The notes below the pieces were generated by a model that was not told the origin of the DNA, searched no databases, and saw only the letters and a list, made by a program, of their open reading frames with translations. 64,000 nt of DNA. Source: Alphaproteobacteria bacterium. Its GTDB lineage: Bacteria > Pseudomonadota > Alphaproteobacteria > SHVZ01. A program made the translations under genes and the position numbers. Positions 9,624 to 18,758 of this stretch are shown piece by piece (positions within the stretch are counted from its first letter, which is position 1; the number at the start of each line of letters is the position of its first letter). The stretch is taken from positions 1,247-65,246 of the forward strand of contig VGEH01000004.1 in the NCBI GenBank assembly GCA_016869375.1, read 5' to 3'.

Positions 9624-10939
9624 CGCGCCGGCCTCATGCGCTCGCGTGCCTGTTCGACGGTGAGCCCGGTCGCGACGCGTCGGCCGAAGCGATGCCCCTC
9701 GCGCGCGTCCTTGACGAAGAGGTCGTAGAGGCCGGGCGCCGATGCGAGCAGCGTCGTCTCCGCGACGGCGGCCGAGGCGCAGGAGCGCTCGCAGCCGCTG
9801 AGATGGAGAAAGCCGGCGTCGCCGAAGTCGGCAAACGTCATCGCGTCAGCCTTGGTGTCGGCGCGGCCCTTTGCGCATCCGGTGGAACCGGCGCAGGCGA
9901 CGATCGCCGCCAGCGGATGCACTGGCGTGCAGATCAGGCCCAGACCTTCCAAGGCGTCGACCATACGCTTCGCTTGCTCCCGTCGAACCTCAGGCACCAT
10001 CACGCTCTGCCACGGCGTCAGCCGCAGCTCCCCCGCCAAGCCCGCAAGTCTTGACAGCGCGTCCGGCGAAAGACGGCCCAGCGGCGGCACGCCGCCGACC
10101 GCGACGAACCCACTCTGCCTTTGCGCGCGGATGCCGACATGTCCCCTTGCGACCGGTGCTGGTCGCTGCCAGCGGCGCGCTTTGTCGCCGAGATTCGCGG
10201 ACGAGCCAAGGCGTTTCGACAGGTGGCCGAGGAAGGGGTCACGAGGAAGGTGGCGGATGCGCGAGACCTCGGGATTGCCGCTCGCCACGTCGAGGAACAA
10301 CTCGATCGCGGCGCCGATCGCGCCCGCCGCATCGGCGACGGCAACCGCGACGAAAGGCGCCGCATCGGCAGGGCACCCGGAGACGCCAAGCGCGAAAGTT
10401 TCGCCGTTCATCGCGGCGAGCCAGAGGTCATGCGGGTGATCGACGACCACGACACCCTCGCCGCCATCGACTAGCACTGAGAATTTCGGCGACAGCGTGC
10501 GGCAGGCAGGGTCGGTCTCCAGGTGGCGCAGGATGGCGGCCGCGATCGGGCCGGCGTCCAGGTGCTGGTGCGGGTCGAGGCCAGCCATCGGCGAGATCAG
10601 GACGTTCCGGACATCATCGCTGTCCGGATGCTCCGGTCCGAGACCCGCGGCGAGCAGATCCTCCGCGAGAGCGGCCGCCGCGCCTTGGCGGATGCCACGA
10701 AGCTGCAGATTAGCCCGGTTGGTCACCTCGATGATGCCGTTGCCGTAACGCGACGCGGCTGTGGCGACGGCGCGCGCGCCGGCGGCCGGCAGCCGGCCGA
10801 GTGGAATCTTGAGACGGCAGAGGCCGCCATCCTTGGCCGCCACGATCCGGAAAAGCCCGGGGCAGGCCGAGGCGCGAGGCGAAGCTGTCTCTTCGTTTAC
10901 GGAACGGATCGCGTGCGCGGTCATGGTGACCGCGAGCAT
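9620..10939 (-). CDS. cobG: Precorrin-3B synthase (oxygen-dependent ring contraction monooxygenase)
   Basis: 439 aa with sulfite/nitrite-reductase-like half domains (ACPGLFRIV..DGGLCRLKIPLGRL; NRANLQLRGI). First gene of the cob operon. Confidence 0.8.
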   Translation of the reverse strand: MLAVTMTAHAIRSVNEETASPRASACPGLFRIVAAKDGGLCRLKIPLGRLPAAGARAVATAASRYGNGIIEVTNRANLQLRGIRQGAAAALAEDLLAAGLGPEHPDSDDVRNVLISPMAGLDPHQHLDAGPIAAAILRHLETDPACRTLSPKFSVLVDGGEGVVVVDHPHDLWLAAMNGETFALGVSGCPADAAPFVAVAVADAAGAIGAAIELFLDVASGNPEVSRIRHLPRDPFLGHLSKRLGSSANLGDKARRWQRPAPVARGHVGIRAQRQSGFVAVGGVPPLGRLSPDALSRLAGLAGELRLTPWQSVMVPEVRREQAKRMVDALEGLGLICTPVHPLAAIVACAGSTGCAKGRADTKADAMTFADFGDAGFLHLSGCERSCASAAVAETTLLASAPGLYDLFVKDAREGHRFGRRVATGLTVEQARERMRPAR

Positions 10940-11133
10940 ACCTGTATGGCCGGCAGGCGTCGCCGCCTGGGAACCAGTTACCCCACCCGTGGGTTGTTCG
11001 CCTGAGGCGCAGGTTCGCGTGGGCTCACCGCCCGTTCGCCTGGCCGTCCCTGGGGGCGACCATCAAGACGACCTCGTCCATCCTGAACTCCCTGGCCGAG
11101 AGCGAAAAGGAACGCCTGTCGCTCGACGAGATC

Positions 11134-11628
11134 GTGAAGGCGGCCAGCAGCCGCGCCCATGGCCTCGGCATCCTGCTCTTCGCGCTGCCGGAGACGATCC
11201 CGGCGCCCGTACCGGGCACCTCAGCCATCCTTGCCATCCCGGTGATCCTGATCGCCGCCCATCTGGTGGCTTTCGGCGAGGGGCCAGGCCTGCCGAAGCG
11301 CGTGCTGAGCCAGACCATGCCCATCTCGGTGATCCGGAAGGTGGCGCACTACGTCTGCCCGATCTTCCGGTGGATCGAGCGCTTCTCCTGTCCGCGCCTG
11401 GCCGCGATTGCCACGCGGGAGCGCCTGCTCGGTGGGATCTGCCTCGTGCTGGGACCAATCCTCGCGGCACCGATCCCCTTCGGCAATCTCGCCCCGGCCG
11501 TGGGTATCGTGATCATCGCCTTCGGCATGATCCAGCGCGATGGGGTGATGGTCCTGATCGGCATCGCCGTGGCCCTCATTCTCGCGCTGATCCTCTATCT
11601 TGCCGCTGAAGCCGTCTTGCCCGGCTGA
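11134..11628 (+). CDS. exoD: Exopolysaccharide synthesis ExoD-family membrane protein. The coordinates use the first canonical start, but homology continues upstream.
   Basis: LLFALPETIPAPVPGTSAILAIPVILIAAHL is typical of ExoD. The in-frame upstream codons read TSSILNSLAESEKERLSLDEI with no ATG/GTG/TTG among them. Confidence 0.7.
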   Translation: MKAASSRAHGLGILLFALPETIPAPVPGTSAILAIPVILIAAHLVAFGEGPGLPKRVLSQTMPISVIRKVAHYVCPIFRWIERFSCPRLAAIATRERLLGGICLVLGPILAAPIPFGNLAPAVGIVIIAFGMIQRDGVMVLIGIAVALILALILYLAAEAVLPG

Positions 11629-11637
11629 GGCTGTTCG

Positions 11638-12210
11638 ATGGAACGCACCGCCGCGATCCTCAGCGCCTCCGTGGTTCTCGCCGCCGGCCTCCTCACGCTC
11701 TCGCAGGTCGAGGCCGGGCGTCTCTCGATGCAGATGGTGCTGCACCTGGCAGCGATGAACGTGGCCGCGCCCATGGCCGCGACTGTCCTGCCAGCTTGGC
11801 CTGCGAGACGATCTTTCCTCTGGACGGCGGCGCTGACGCAGATCCTGCTGCTCTGGGCTTGGCACGCGCCGGCATCGCAACAGGCGGCCGCGGCGGCGCC
11901 GCTTCTGCATGTCGCCATGCTCGTTTCGCTGAGCCTGGTCGCGTTGCTTTTCTGGTATGCCGTCCTTTCCTCGGCCTCGGAGCGGCGCTGGAGCGCCGTC
12001 ATGGCCCTGCTGCTGACGGGAAAGCTCGCCTGCCTGCTCGGCGCCTTGCTGATCTTCGCACCGAGCGATCTCTATCGGCTGGGGTCGCTCGACGACCAGC
12101 AGCTCGCCGGCCTTCTAATGGTGACGGCTTGCCCTCTGAGCTACCTCGTCGCCGGGGTCGTGCTGGCAGCGCAGGCACTTGCCCATCCAGAGCGTGTCGA
12201 AGCGCGATAG
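11638..12210 (+). CDS. Membrane protein, probable cytochrome c oxidase assembly factor (Caa3_CtaG-like)
   Basis: 190 aa with about 5 TM helices. It sits directly upstream of the oxidase subunit genes. The family assignment is from memory only. Confidence 0.45.
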   Translation: MERTAAILSASVVLAAGLLTLSQVEAGRLSMQMVLHLAAMNVAAPMAATVLPAWPARRSFLWTAALTQILLLWAWHAPASQQAAAAAPLLHVAMLVSLSLVALLFWYAVLSSASERRWSAVMALLLTGKLACLLGALLIFAPSDLYRLGSLDDQQLAGLLMVTACPLSYLVAGVVLAAQALAHPERVEAR

Positions 12211-12212
12211 TG

Positions 12213-13289
12213 ATGCGCCGCATCCTCTATACGGCGCTCGGTCTTGCCGCTGTCGGTAGCGTCGGGCTCCTGCTGTTCGCGTGGTCAGGCCTCTACAGCG
12301 TCGCCGCCAGCCGCGGCCATTGGCCTATGGTTGAGTGGGTCCTCGAGTTCGGGATGGAGAACTCGGTCGAGACTCATGCCCCAAATGTGACGCCGCCGCG
12401 TCTCGACGATCCGGATCTGATCCGCCTCGGCGCCGGGCACTTTCTCTTCGGTTGTGCCGAGTGCCACGGCGCGCCCGGTACCGAGGTCGGCCTGGTCGTA
12501 CGCGGCATGCTGCCGCCGCCGCCCGATCTCAGCCGTCGCGTGTCGGCGTGGACCGACCAAGAATTGTTCTGGATCGTCAAGAACGGCATCAAATACACCG
12601 GCATGCCGGCTTGGCCGACGCTGGACCGCGACGACGAGGTCTGGGCGTTGATCGCATTCCTGCGCGCGCTGCCGTCCCTCGACCAGGCCGCCTATCGCGC
12701 GCTCGCCTATGGCGACGTGCCGGCGGAGCCGCAGAGCGGCGAGGGGGTCGCGATGTCGGGCGGCGCTTCGCGCGCGCTCGGCGCCTGCGCACGCTGCCAC
12801 GGCGCCGGCGATCGCCCGCCGCTGAGCGCACTGGTCCCGCGTCTGCATGGGCAGCCTGCCGAGATGCTGGTCGAGGCGTTGCGCGCTTTCGCGGCAGGTG
12901 AGCGCCGAAGCGGCATCATGGAGCCGCTGGCGGCCGCGCTCTCCCGGCGCGCGGCCGAAGAGGTCGCCACCTACTACGCCGGCCTTGCTCCGCTGCCGCC
13001 GACATCGACCGTGCAGGCAGAGTCGATCGGCCGCCTGGCTGCGGAAGGCGATGCTGCGGCGGAGATCCCGGCTTGCATCTCATGCCATGACAGGCAGGCG
13101 CTGGCGATCTACCCGCGGCTGGCGGCTCAGAGCGCGCGCTATTTGGAGAACCGGCTGCGCGTGCTCTGGTACGCGCAACCGCGCACGCCGACACAGTCGA
13201 TCATGGTGCCGATCGCGCGCCGTCTCAGCGAGCAGCAGATCCGTGATCTCTCGGCCTATTTCGCCGGCTTGCCGCCGGAGCAGCGATGA
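12213..13289 (+). CDS. Membrane-anchored tri-heme c-type cytochrome
   Basis: ATG 12213, followed by an N-terminal TM helix. Three CXXCH motifs are present (CAECH, CARCH, CISCH). The upstream part of ORF 11796..13289 overlaps the preceding gene out of context. Confidence 0.8.
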   Translation: MRRILYTALGLAAVGSVGLLLFAWSGLYSVAASRGHWPMVEWVLEFGMENSVETHAPNVTPPRLDDPDLIRLGAGHFLFGCAECHGAPGTEVGLVVRGMLPPPPDLSRRVSAWTDQELFWIVKNGIKYTGMPAWPTLDRDDEVWALIAFLRALPSLDQAAYRALAYGDVPAEPQSGEGVAMSGGASRALGACARCHGAGDRPPLSALVPRLHGQPAEMLVEALRAFAAGERRSGIMEPLAAALSRRAAEEVATYYAGLAPLPPTSTVQAESIGRLAAEGDAAAEIPACISCHDRQALAIYPRLAAQSARYLENRLRVLWYAQPRTPTQSIMVPIARRLSEQQIRDLSAYFAGLPPEQR

Positions 13290-14221
13290 CTGGCCTCCAG
13301 TCCATGTTCGCGCCGATGGGGCCGGAGGCGGCCCTGATCGCCGACCTCGCCGCCGTCCTGTTCGTCGGCGCTGCCGTCGTCCTGACCATCGTCGTCGCGG
13401 CGCTCTGGTTCGCCATGCTCGGGTCTTCAGCCGCACGCCGCGGGCTTGCGGCAGAAAGGGCGGTGATCGTCGGCGGCATCGTCTTTCCGATCGTTGCTCT
13501 CGCCGCGCTGCTCGCCTATGGCCTCTGGGTGATGCGCGCCAGCGTCGCCTCTCCAGCCGCATCGAACGCGATGCGGATCGAGGTCACCGGCGAGCAATGG
13601 TGGTGGCGCGTCGCCTATCGCGACGGCGATGGCCGCCGCATCGAGAGCGCCAACGAGATCAGGATCCCCGTCGGCCGCGATGTGGTGCTGACGCTCCGGT
13701 CTGCCGATGTGATCCACAGCTTCTGGGTGCCGAGCCTCGCCGGCAAGGTCGACATGATTCCGGGGCGTGTGAACACTTTGAAGATCGTCGCGAAGCAGCC
13801 AGGCGTCTATCGTGGCCAATGCGCGGAGTATTGCGGCGGCGCGCATGCGCTGATGGCACTCGAGGTCGTCGCGCTGCCGGAGGCCGAGTTTGCGTCCTGG
13901 CTCGCCGCCGAGGGAGCACAGGCGACGGACGCCGCCGGTGAGACCGAACGGCAGGGCAGGGAACTTTTCCTCGCGGCGGGTTGCGGCGCCTGTCATGCGA
14001 TCCGCGGCACGCGGGCGGATGGCAGGATCGGCCCCGACCTGACGCGGGTCGGCGCGCGCCGCCAGATCGCTGCCGCGACATTGCCGGCCACGCGTGAGAA
14101 CCTCGCCCGCTTCATCGTTGACGGACAGCATCTGAAGCCCGGCAACGGTATGCCGCCCTTCCGCGTCTTCTCGGCCGAAGAGCTGAGCGCCGTCGTCGCC
14201 TATCTCGCGAGTCTAAAGTGA
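13286..14221 (+). CDS. coxB: Cytochrome c oxidase subunit II with a fused C-terminal cytochrome c domain
   Basis: CuA motif CAEYCGGAHALM and C-terminal CGACH. ATGA overlap with the upstream gene. Confidence 0.9.
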   Translation: MTGLQSMFAPMGPEAALIADLAAVLFVGAAVVLTIVVAALWFAMLGSSAARRGLAAERAVIVGGIVFPIVALAALLAYGLWVMRASVASPAASNAMRIEVTGEQWWWRVAYRDGDGRRIESANEIRIPVGRDVVLTLRSADVIHSFWVPSLAGKVDMIPGRVNTLKIVAKQPGVYRGQCAEYCGGAHALMALEVVALPEAEFASWLAAEGAQATDAAGETERQGRELFLAAGCGACHAIRGTRADGRIGPDLTRVGARRQIAAATLPATRENLARFIVDGQHLKPGNGMPPFRVFSAEELSAVVAYLASLK

Positions 14222-16731
14222 CCCGGGCAGCGACGGCCACGGGCGAATACCCAAACGACCTGCCGCGTCCGGAAGGGGAGCTGGAGCGGCTCGAGGCGGC
14301 ATGGGAGCTGCCGAAGGGCTGGCGCATCGTGACCGCGGTCAACAACACGGTCATCGGTTACTTCTACATCGCCACCGCCTTCGGCTTCTTCGTGCTCGCC
14401 GGCATTCTCGCGCTCCTGATGCGCACCCAGCTCGCCGTGCCGGACAACACCTTCTTAGGCCAGGAGACCTATAACCAGATCTTCACCATGCATGGCACGG
14501 TGATGATGTTCCTGTTCGCCGTGCCGGCTGTAGAGGCCATGGGTGTTTTACTGCTGCCGCAGATGCTGGGCGCGCGCGACTTGCCCTTTCCCCGGCTCGG
14601 CGCCTTCGCCTTCTGGGCCTATCTGATCGGCGGCCTCGTCTTCTTCTGCACGCTTTTTGTCGGCCTTGCTCCTTCCGGCGGCTGGTTCATGTACCCGCCG
14701 CTCACGAGCGAGCGCTTCTCGCCCGGCGTCGGTGCGGATTTCTGGCTGCTCGGCATCGGCTTCATCGAGATCTCGGCGATTGCCGGCGCCATCGAGATCA
14801 TCGTCGGTGTGCTGCGTACGCGCGCCCCCGGCATGACGCTCGACAGGATGCCGATCTTTGCCTGGACCATGCTGGTCTTCGCTGGAATGGTCGTCTTCGC
14901 CTTCCCCGCGGTGATCCTGGCGACGATCCTGCTCGAGCTCGAGCGTGCCTTCGACTGGCCGTTCTTCATCGCCGAGCGCGGCGGCGATCCGCTGCTCTGG
15001 CAGCACCTCTTCTGGTTCTTCGGCCACCCCGAGGTCTACATCATCTTCCTGCCGGCCGCCGGCATGGTCTCGATGATCGTGCCGGCGATGGCGCAGACCT
15101 CGATGGTCGGTCATCGGCTGATTGTAGTCGCGCTGATCGCGACCGGTTTCTTCAGCTTCGGCCTCTGGGTGCACCACATGTTCACCACCGGGTTGCCGGC
15201 ACTCTCGCTGGGATTCTTCTCGGCGGCGAGCATGGCGGTCTCGGTGCCGAGTGGCCTCCAGGTCTTCGCCTGGATCGCGACCATCGCCGCTGGCCGGCTC
15301 AGGCTGACTGCGGCCTCCCTGTTCGTGCTGGGCTTCCTCTTCATCTTCACGCTCGGCGGCCTGACCGGCGTCATGGTGGCGATGGTGCCGTTCGATTGGC
15401 AGGCACATGACACCTACTTCGTCGTCGCCCATTTCCACTATGTGCTGGTCGGCGGCATGGTCTTTCCTCTGCTCTGCGCCTTCTATTACTGGGCCCCGGC
15501 TTTCAGCCGCCGGCCCCTGTCGGAGCGGATGGGCAAGTCCGCTTTCTGGCTGATCTTCATCGGCTTCAATGTCGCCTTCTTCCCGATGCACATCAGCGGC
15601 CTGATCGGCATGCCGCGTCGCGTCTACTCCTACCCGGCCGGACTCGGCTGGGATCTTCCGAACCTGATCTCGACGGTGGGAGCTTTCATCGTTGCGGCCG
15701 GCATCCTGGTTGTCTTGGCCGACTTCCTGCGCAACCTGCGGCCGACTCTGACCAAGTCGGCCGGCGACGTCTGGAAGGGCGGCACGCTCGAATGGCTCGA
15801 GAACCACACCTATGGCGCGCGCAGCGTCCCGCATGTCGACAGCCGCGAGCCGCTGTGGACGCACCCGAGGATGTCGGAGGACGTGAAGAAAGGCCGCTAC
15901 TACCTGCCCGGCACGATGACCGGTGGGCGCGAGACCATCGTGACCTCGCCCGTCGAGGCAGTGCCGCAGTACCTGATGCGGCTCCCCGGTCCCGGATGGC
16001 CGCACCTGATCGCCGCCGTGTTCACCGCAGCCTTTTTCCTGCTGCTCACGGTCAAGGCCGTGGCGCTGGCGCTGGCCTGCGGCGGCATCGTCATCGCGGC
16101 GATGATTGCCTGGATGTGGAGCAGCGACCCCGCGTCGGCAGGCGAGGCGGATATCGGTGCCGGAATCAGCTTGCCGACCTATGTCGCCGGACCGACGCAT
16201 CCGTCCTGGTGGGCGATGGTCGTCGTTCTCCTGGTCGCGGGAGCGCTCTATCTCTCTTACGTCTTCGGCTATCTCTATCTGTGGACGGTGTCACCAGCGA
16301 CATGGCCGACGACACCGATCTCGATGCCCTCATGGCCCGTCACCTGCCTTATCGTGAGCGGCGTCGCTCTTGCGGCCGCGACCCGCCTTCTCGGGTCGTC
16401 CCGGCTTCTGTTTGCGCTCGCGCTGGCGTGCGGTATCGGCGCGCTGCTCGTGGGGTTGGCTCTCGATGCCTGGACCCAATGGCAAAGCGGTCTCAGGCCC
16501 TCCGCAAGCGGCTACGCCGCCATGGTCTATGCAAATGCGGTCCTGCAGGCACAGATCGCTGGTGTCGTCACCGCCATGGGCGCGTTCACGCTGGCACGAC
16601 TCGTCGCCGGTCGGTTGGATGCGGATCGCCGCGTCGTCTTCGACAACCTCGCTCTCCTGTGGGGATATGCGATCGGCGAGGCCGCTCTCGGCCTGCTTCT
16701 GACCCATGGTTTCCCTCGCGTGGCGGGCTGA
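14218..16731 (+). CDS. ctaD: Cytochrome c oxidase subunit I fused to a subunit III-like domain
   Basis: 837 aa with WFFGHPEVYIIFLPAAGM and the other heme-copper oxidase blocks. About 270 extra C-terminal residues form further TM helices. GTGA overlap with coxB. Confidence 0.9.
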   Translation: MTRAATATGEYPNDLPRPEGELERLEAAWELPKGWRIVTAVNNTVIGYFYIATAFGFFVLAGILALLMRTQLAVPDNTFLGQETYNQIFTMHGTVMMFLFAVPAVEAMGVLLLPQMLGARDLPFPRLGAFAFWAYLIGGLVFFCTLFVGLAPSGGWFMYPPLTSERFSPGVGADFWLLGIGFIEISAIAGAIEIIVGVLRTRAPGMTLDRMPIFAWTMLVFAGMVVFAFPAVILATILLELERAFDWPFFIAERGGDPLLWQHLFWFFGHPEVYIIFLPAAGMVSMIVPAMAQTSMVGHRLIVVALIATGFFSFGLWVHHMFTTGLPALSLGFFSAASMAVSVPSGLQVFAWIATIAAGRLRLTAASLFVLGFLFIFTLGGLTGVMVAMVPFDWQAHDTYFVVAHFHYVLVGGMVFPLLCAFYYWAPAFSRRPLSERMGKSAFWLIFIGFNVAFFPMHISGLIGMPRRVYSYPAGLGWDLPNLISTVGAFIVAAGILVVLADFLRNLRPTLTKSAGDVWKGGTLEWLENHTYGARSVPHVDSREPLWTHPRMSEDVKKGRYYLPGTMTGGRETIVTSPVEAVPQYLMRLPGPGWPHLIAAVFTAAFFLLLTVKAVALALACGGIVIAAMIAWMWSSDPASAGEADIGAGISLPTYVAGPTHPSWWAMVVVLLVAGALYLSYVFGYLYLWTVSPATWPTTPISMPSWPVTCLIVSGVALAAATRLLGSSRLLFALALACGIGALLVGLALDAWTQWQSGLRPSASGYAAMVYANAVLQAQIAGVVTAMGAFTLARLVAGRLDADRRVVFDNLALLWGYAIGEAALGLLLTHGFPRVAG

Positions 16732-17032
16732 ATCGGTGTTCCGGACCTTCCTTCGGCTCGGCGCCCCGCTCGCCTGGGCGCTGCACTTCCTGGTGCTTTA
16801 CGGCGCTGAGTTTCTGGTCTGCAGCCGATGGGGATCGCAGGCTTATGCGGCGGTGGTCGCGGGGGCGACGCTCGCAGCACTGGCCGTGCTGGTCTTCGTC
16901 GTGCGGTCCACGGCCGCCGGCACGGGCTTCGTGGATCGAGTCGCATTCGCACTTGGATTGATGGGCCTCGGCGGCGTCCTGGCGACGACGATGCCCGCCT
17001 TCATGATTCCGATGTGCGTGGGCACGGCCTAG
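16706..17032 (+). CDS. Small hydrophobic protein trailing the oxidase genes (function unknown)
   Basis: 108 aa with about 3 TM segments and high GC3. ATG 16706 overlaps ctaD by 26 nt. GTG 16736 is an alternative start. Confidence 0.5.
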   Translation: MVSLAWRAESVFRTFLRLGAPLAWALHFLVLYGAEFLVCSRWGSQAYAAVVAGATLAALAVLVFVVRSTAAGTGFVDRVAFALGLMGLGGVLATTMPAFMIPMCVGTA

Positions 17033-17117
17033 CCGTTTCGCTGGCGGTCGTAATTTCCCGTCCATCGCGGCGGTCCGGGCAAGCTTCGGCGCGACACGCG
17101 ATCGGAGCCAGGGCGAC

Positions 17118-18599
17118 ATGCGACTTGCCGTCATTCACATCGGCCAGGAAACCAACGATTTCAACCCGGTCCCGACGACCATGCGGGACTTCAAGTCCTT
17201 CGGACTCTACGAAGGCGCCGAAGTCTTCGAGAAGATGGCCGGTGTCGGCCAGATCGGCGGCTACCTCGCCGCGGCGGAGGCGGCGCAGCGCCAGATCCAG
17301 TCCGTGCCGATCATCTGCGCCTGGGCGACGGCCGGCGGGCGCATCACGGTCGAATGCCGCCGCTTCTTCGAGGAGAAGATCAAGGCGGGCCTGAAAGCTA
17401 CCGGCAAGATCGACGGCCTCGCGCTTCAGGTGCACGGTGCCTGTGCGGCCGAGGATCTGGACGATGTCGAGGGCGCCCAGATCGCGCTCTGCCGGCAGAT
17501 CCTGGGGCCTGACATCCCGATCGTCGTCTCGCTCGACCACCACGCCAACATCACGCGCCAGATGGTCGAGAACGCGACCGCGGTCGTCGCGCATCGCACG
17601 CAGCCTCACGATCCCTACGACACCGGCAAGATCGGCGCCGAGATCCTGATCAGGGCCGTCGCCGGCGAGGTCAGGCCGGTCATGGCGTGGCGGAAGCTGC
17701 CGCTGCTCTCGCACCAGGAGCAATTCCTGACCTCGAAAGGGCCGATGAAGGTCTGGTTCGACCGGGCGCGCTCGATGGAGGCCGAGGACAAGCGCATCCT
17801 GCATGTCGCCAACTGCCCGATGCAGCCCTGGCTCGACGTCGCCGAGGGCGGCTGGGCCGCGGTCGTCGTCGCCGACGGCGACAAGGCGCTCGCCGAGGCG
17901 TGCGCCGACGAGATTGCCGACCTTGCCTGGTCGATGCGCGCGGAGTTCCAGAAGAAGGATGCAGTCGGGATCGACGAGGCCGTGCGGATGGCCGACCGGG
18001 CGCCGAAGGGCATCGTCTGCCTCAGCGATACCGGCGACACCGTCTTCGGCGGCTCGTCCGGCGACTCGAACCTGATCCTCGAGTCCATCCTTCGCCAGAA
18101 GATCCAGAGCACGGCGCTGATCCCGATGATCGAGCCGGTCACGGTCGCGCGGCTGTGCGAGGCCGGGGTGGGTAAGAGCGTCACGCTGCCGGTCGGCGGC
18201 CATGCGGCTAAGGCCTTCTTCAAGCCGCTGGAGGTGACCGGCACGGTTCGCCGCATCGCCGACGGGTGCATCGCGCTGACCGAGCATCGCCGCCCCGCCA
18301 TCGACATGGGGCGCACGGTCATCTTCGAGGTCGGGCCGGTAACCATGATGATCAGCGAGCTGCGCGGCGTCGCCGGCAACCTGCCCGAGGTCTATCGCGC
18401 CTTCGGCGTCGAGCCGGTCGGCTACAAGATGGCAGTGCTCAAGACCGCGTCCAACTTCCAGTACTTCGCCCCGATCACCTCGGAGTTGATCCGGGTCGAT
18501 ACCACAGGCCCCGGCCAGTCGGATATCGCCGGCCTGCCGTGGAAGCGCGTCCCGCGCCCGATCTATCCGCTGGAGCCGGTCACATCCTGGCGAGGTTAA
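17118..18599 (+). CDS. M81 family metallopeptidase (MlrC/microcystinase C-like)
   Basis: 493 aa. The N-terminus MRLAVIHIGQETNDFNP is typical of the MlrC N-terminal domain. A peptide ABC importer lies next to it. Confidence 0.75.
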   Translation: MRLAVIHIGQETNDFNPVPTTMRDFKSFGLYEGAEVFEKMAGVGQIGGYLAAAEAAQRQIQSVPIICAWATAGGRITVECRRFFEEKIKAGLKATGKIDGLALQVHGACAAEDLDDVEGAQIALCRQILGPDIPIVVSLDHHANITRQMVENATAVVAHRTQPHDPYDTGKIGAEILIRAVAGEVRPVMAWRKLPLLSHQEQFLTSKGPMKVWFDRARSMEAEDKRILHVANCPMQPWLDVAEGGWAAVVVADGDKALAEACADEIADLAWSMRAEFQKKDAVGIDEAVRMADRAPKGIVCLSDTGDTVFGGSSGDSNLILESILRQKIQSTALIPMIEPVTVARLCEAGVGKSVTLPVGGHAAKAFFKPLEVTGTVRRIADGCIALTEHRRPAIDMGRTVIFEVGPVTMMISELRGVAGNLPEVYRAFGVEPVGYKMAVLKTASNFQYFAPITSELIRVDTTGPGQSDIAGLPWKRVPRPIYPLEPVTSWRG

Positions 18600-18758
18600 C
18601 GTCTCGTCAGGCGAAACCGGTATTTCAGGAATCTTTCGCCAGTGTTTGACAGGCCGGAAGGGGCTTTGCCACTGTGGCGAATGCTCAGGAGGGTCCTGGG
18701 AGGACCCGCCGGGTGGGCTATTTGCATGATGCCATCGAGTAGGGGAGGTACCCGTCAC

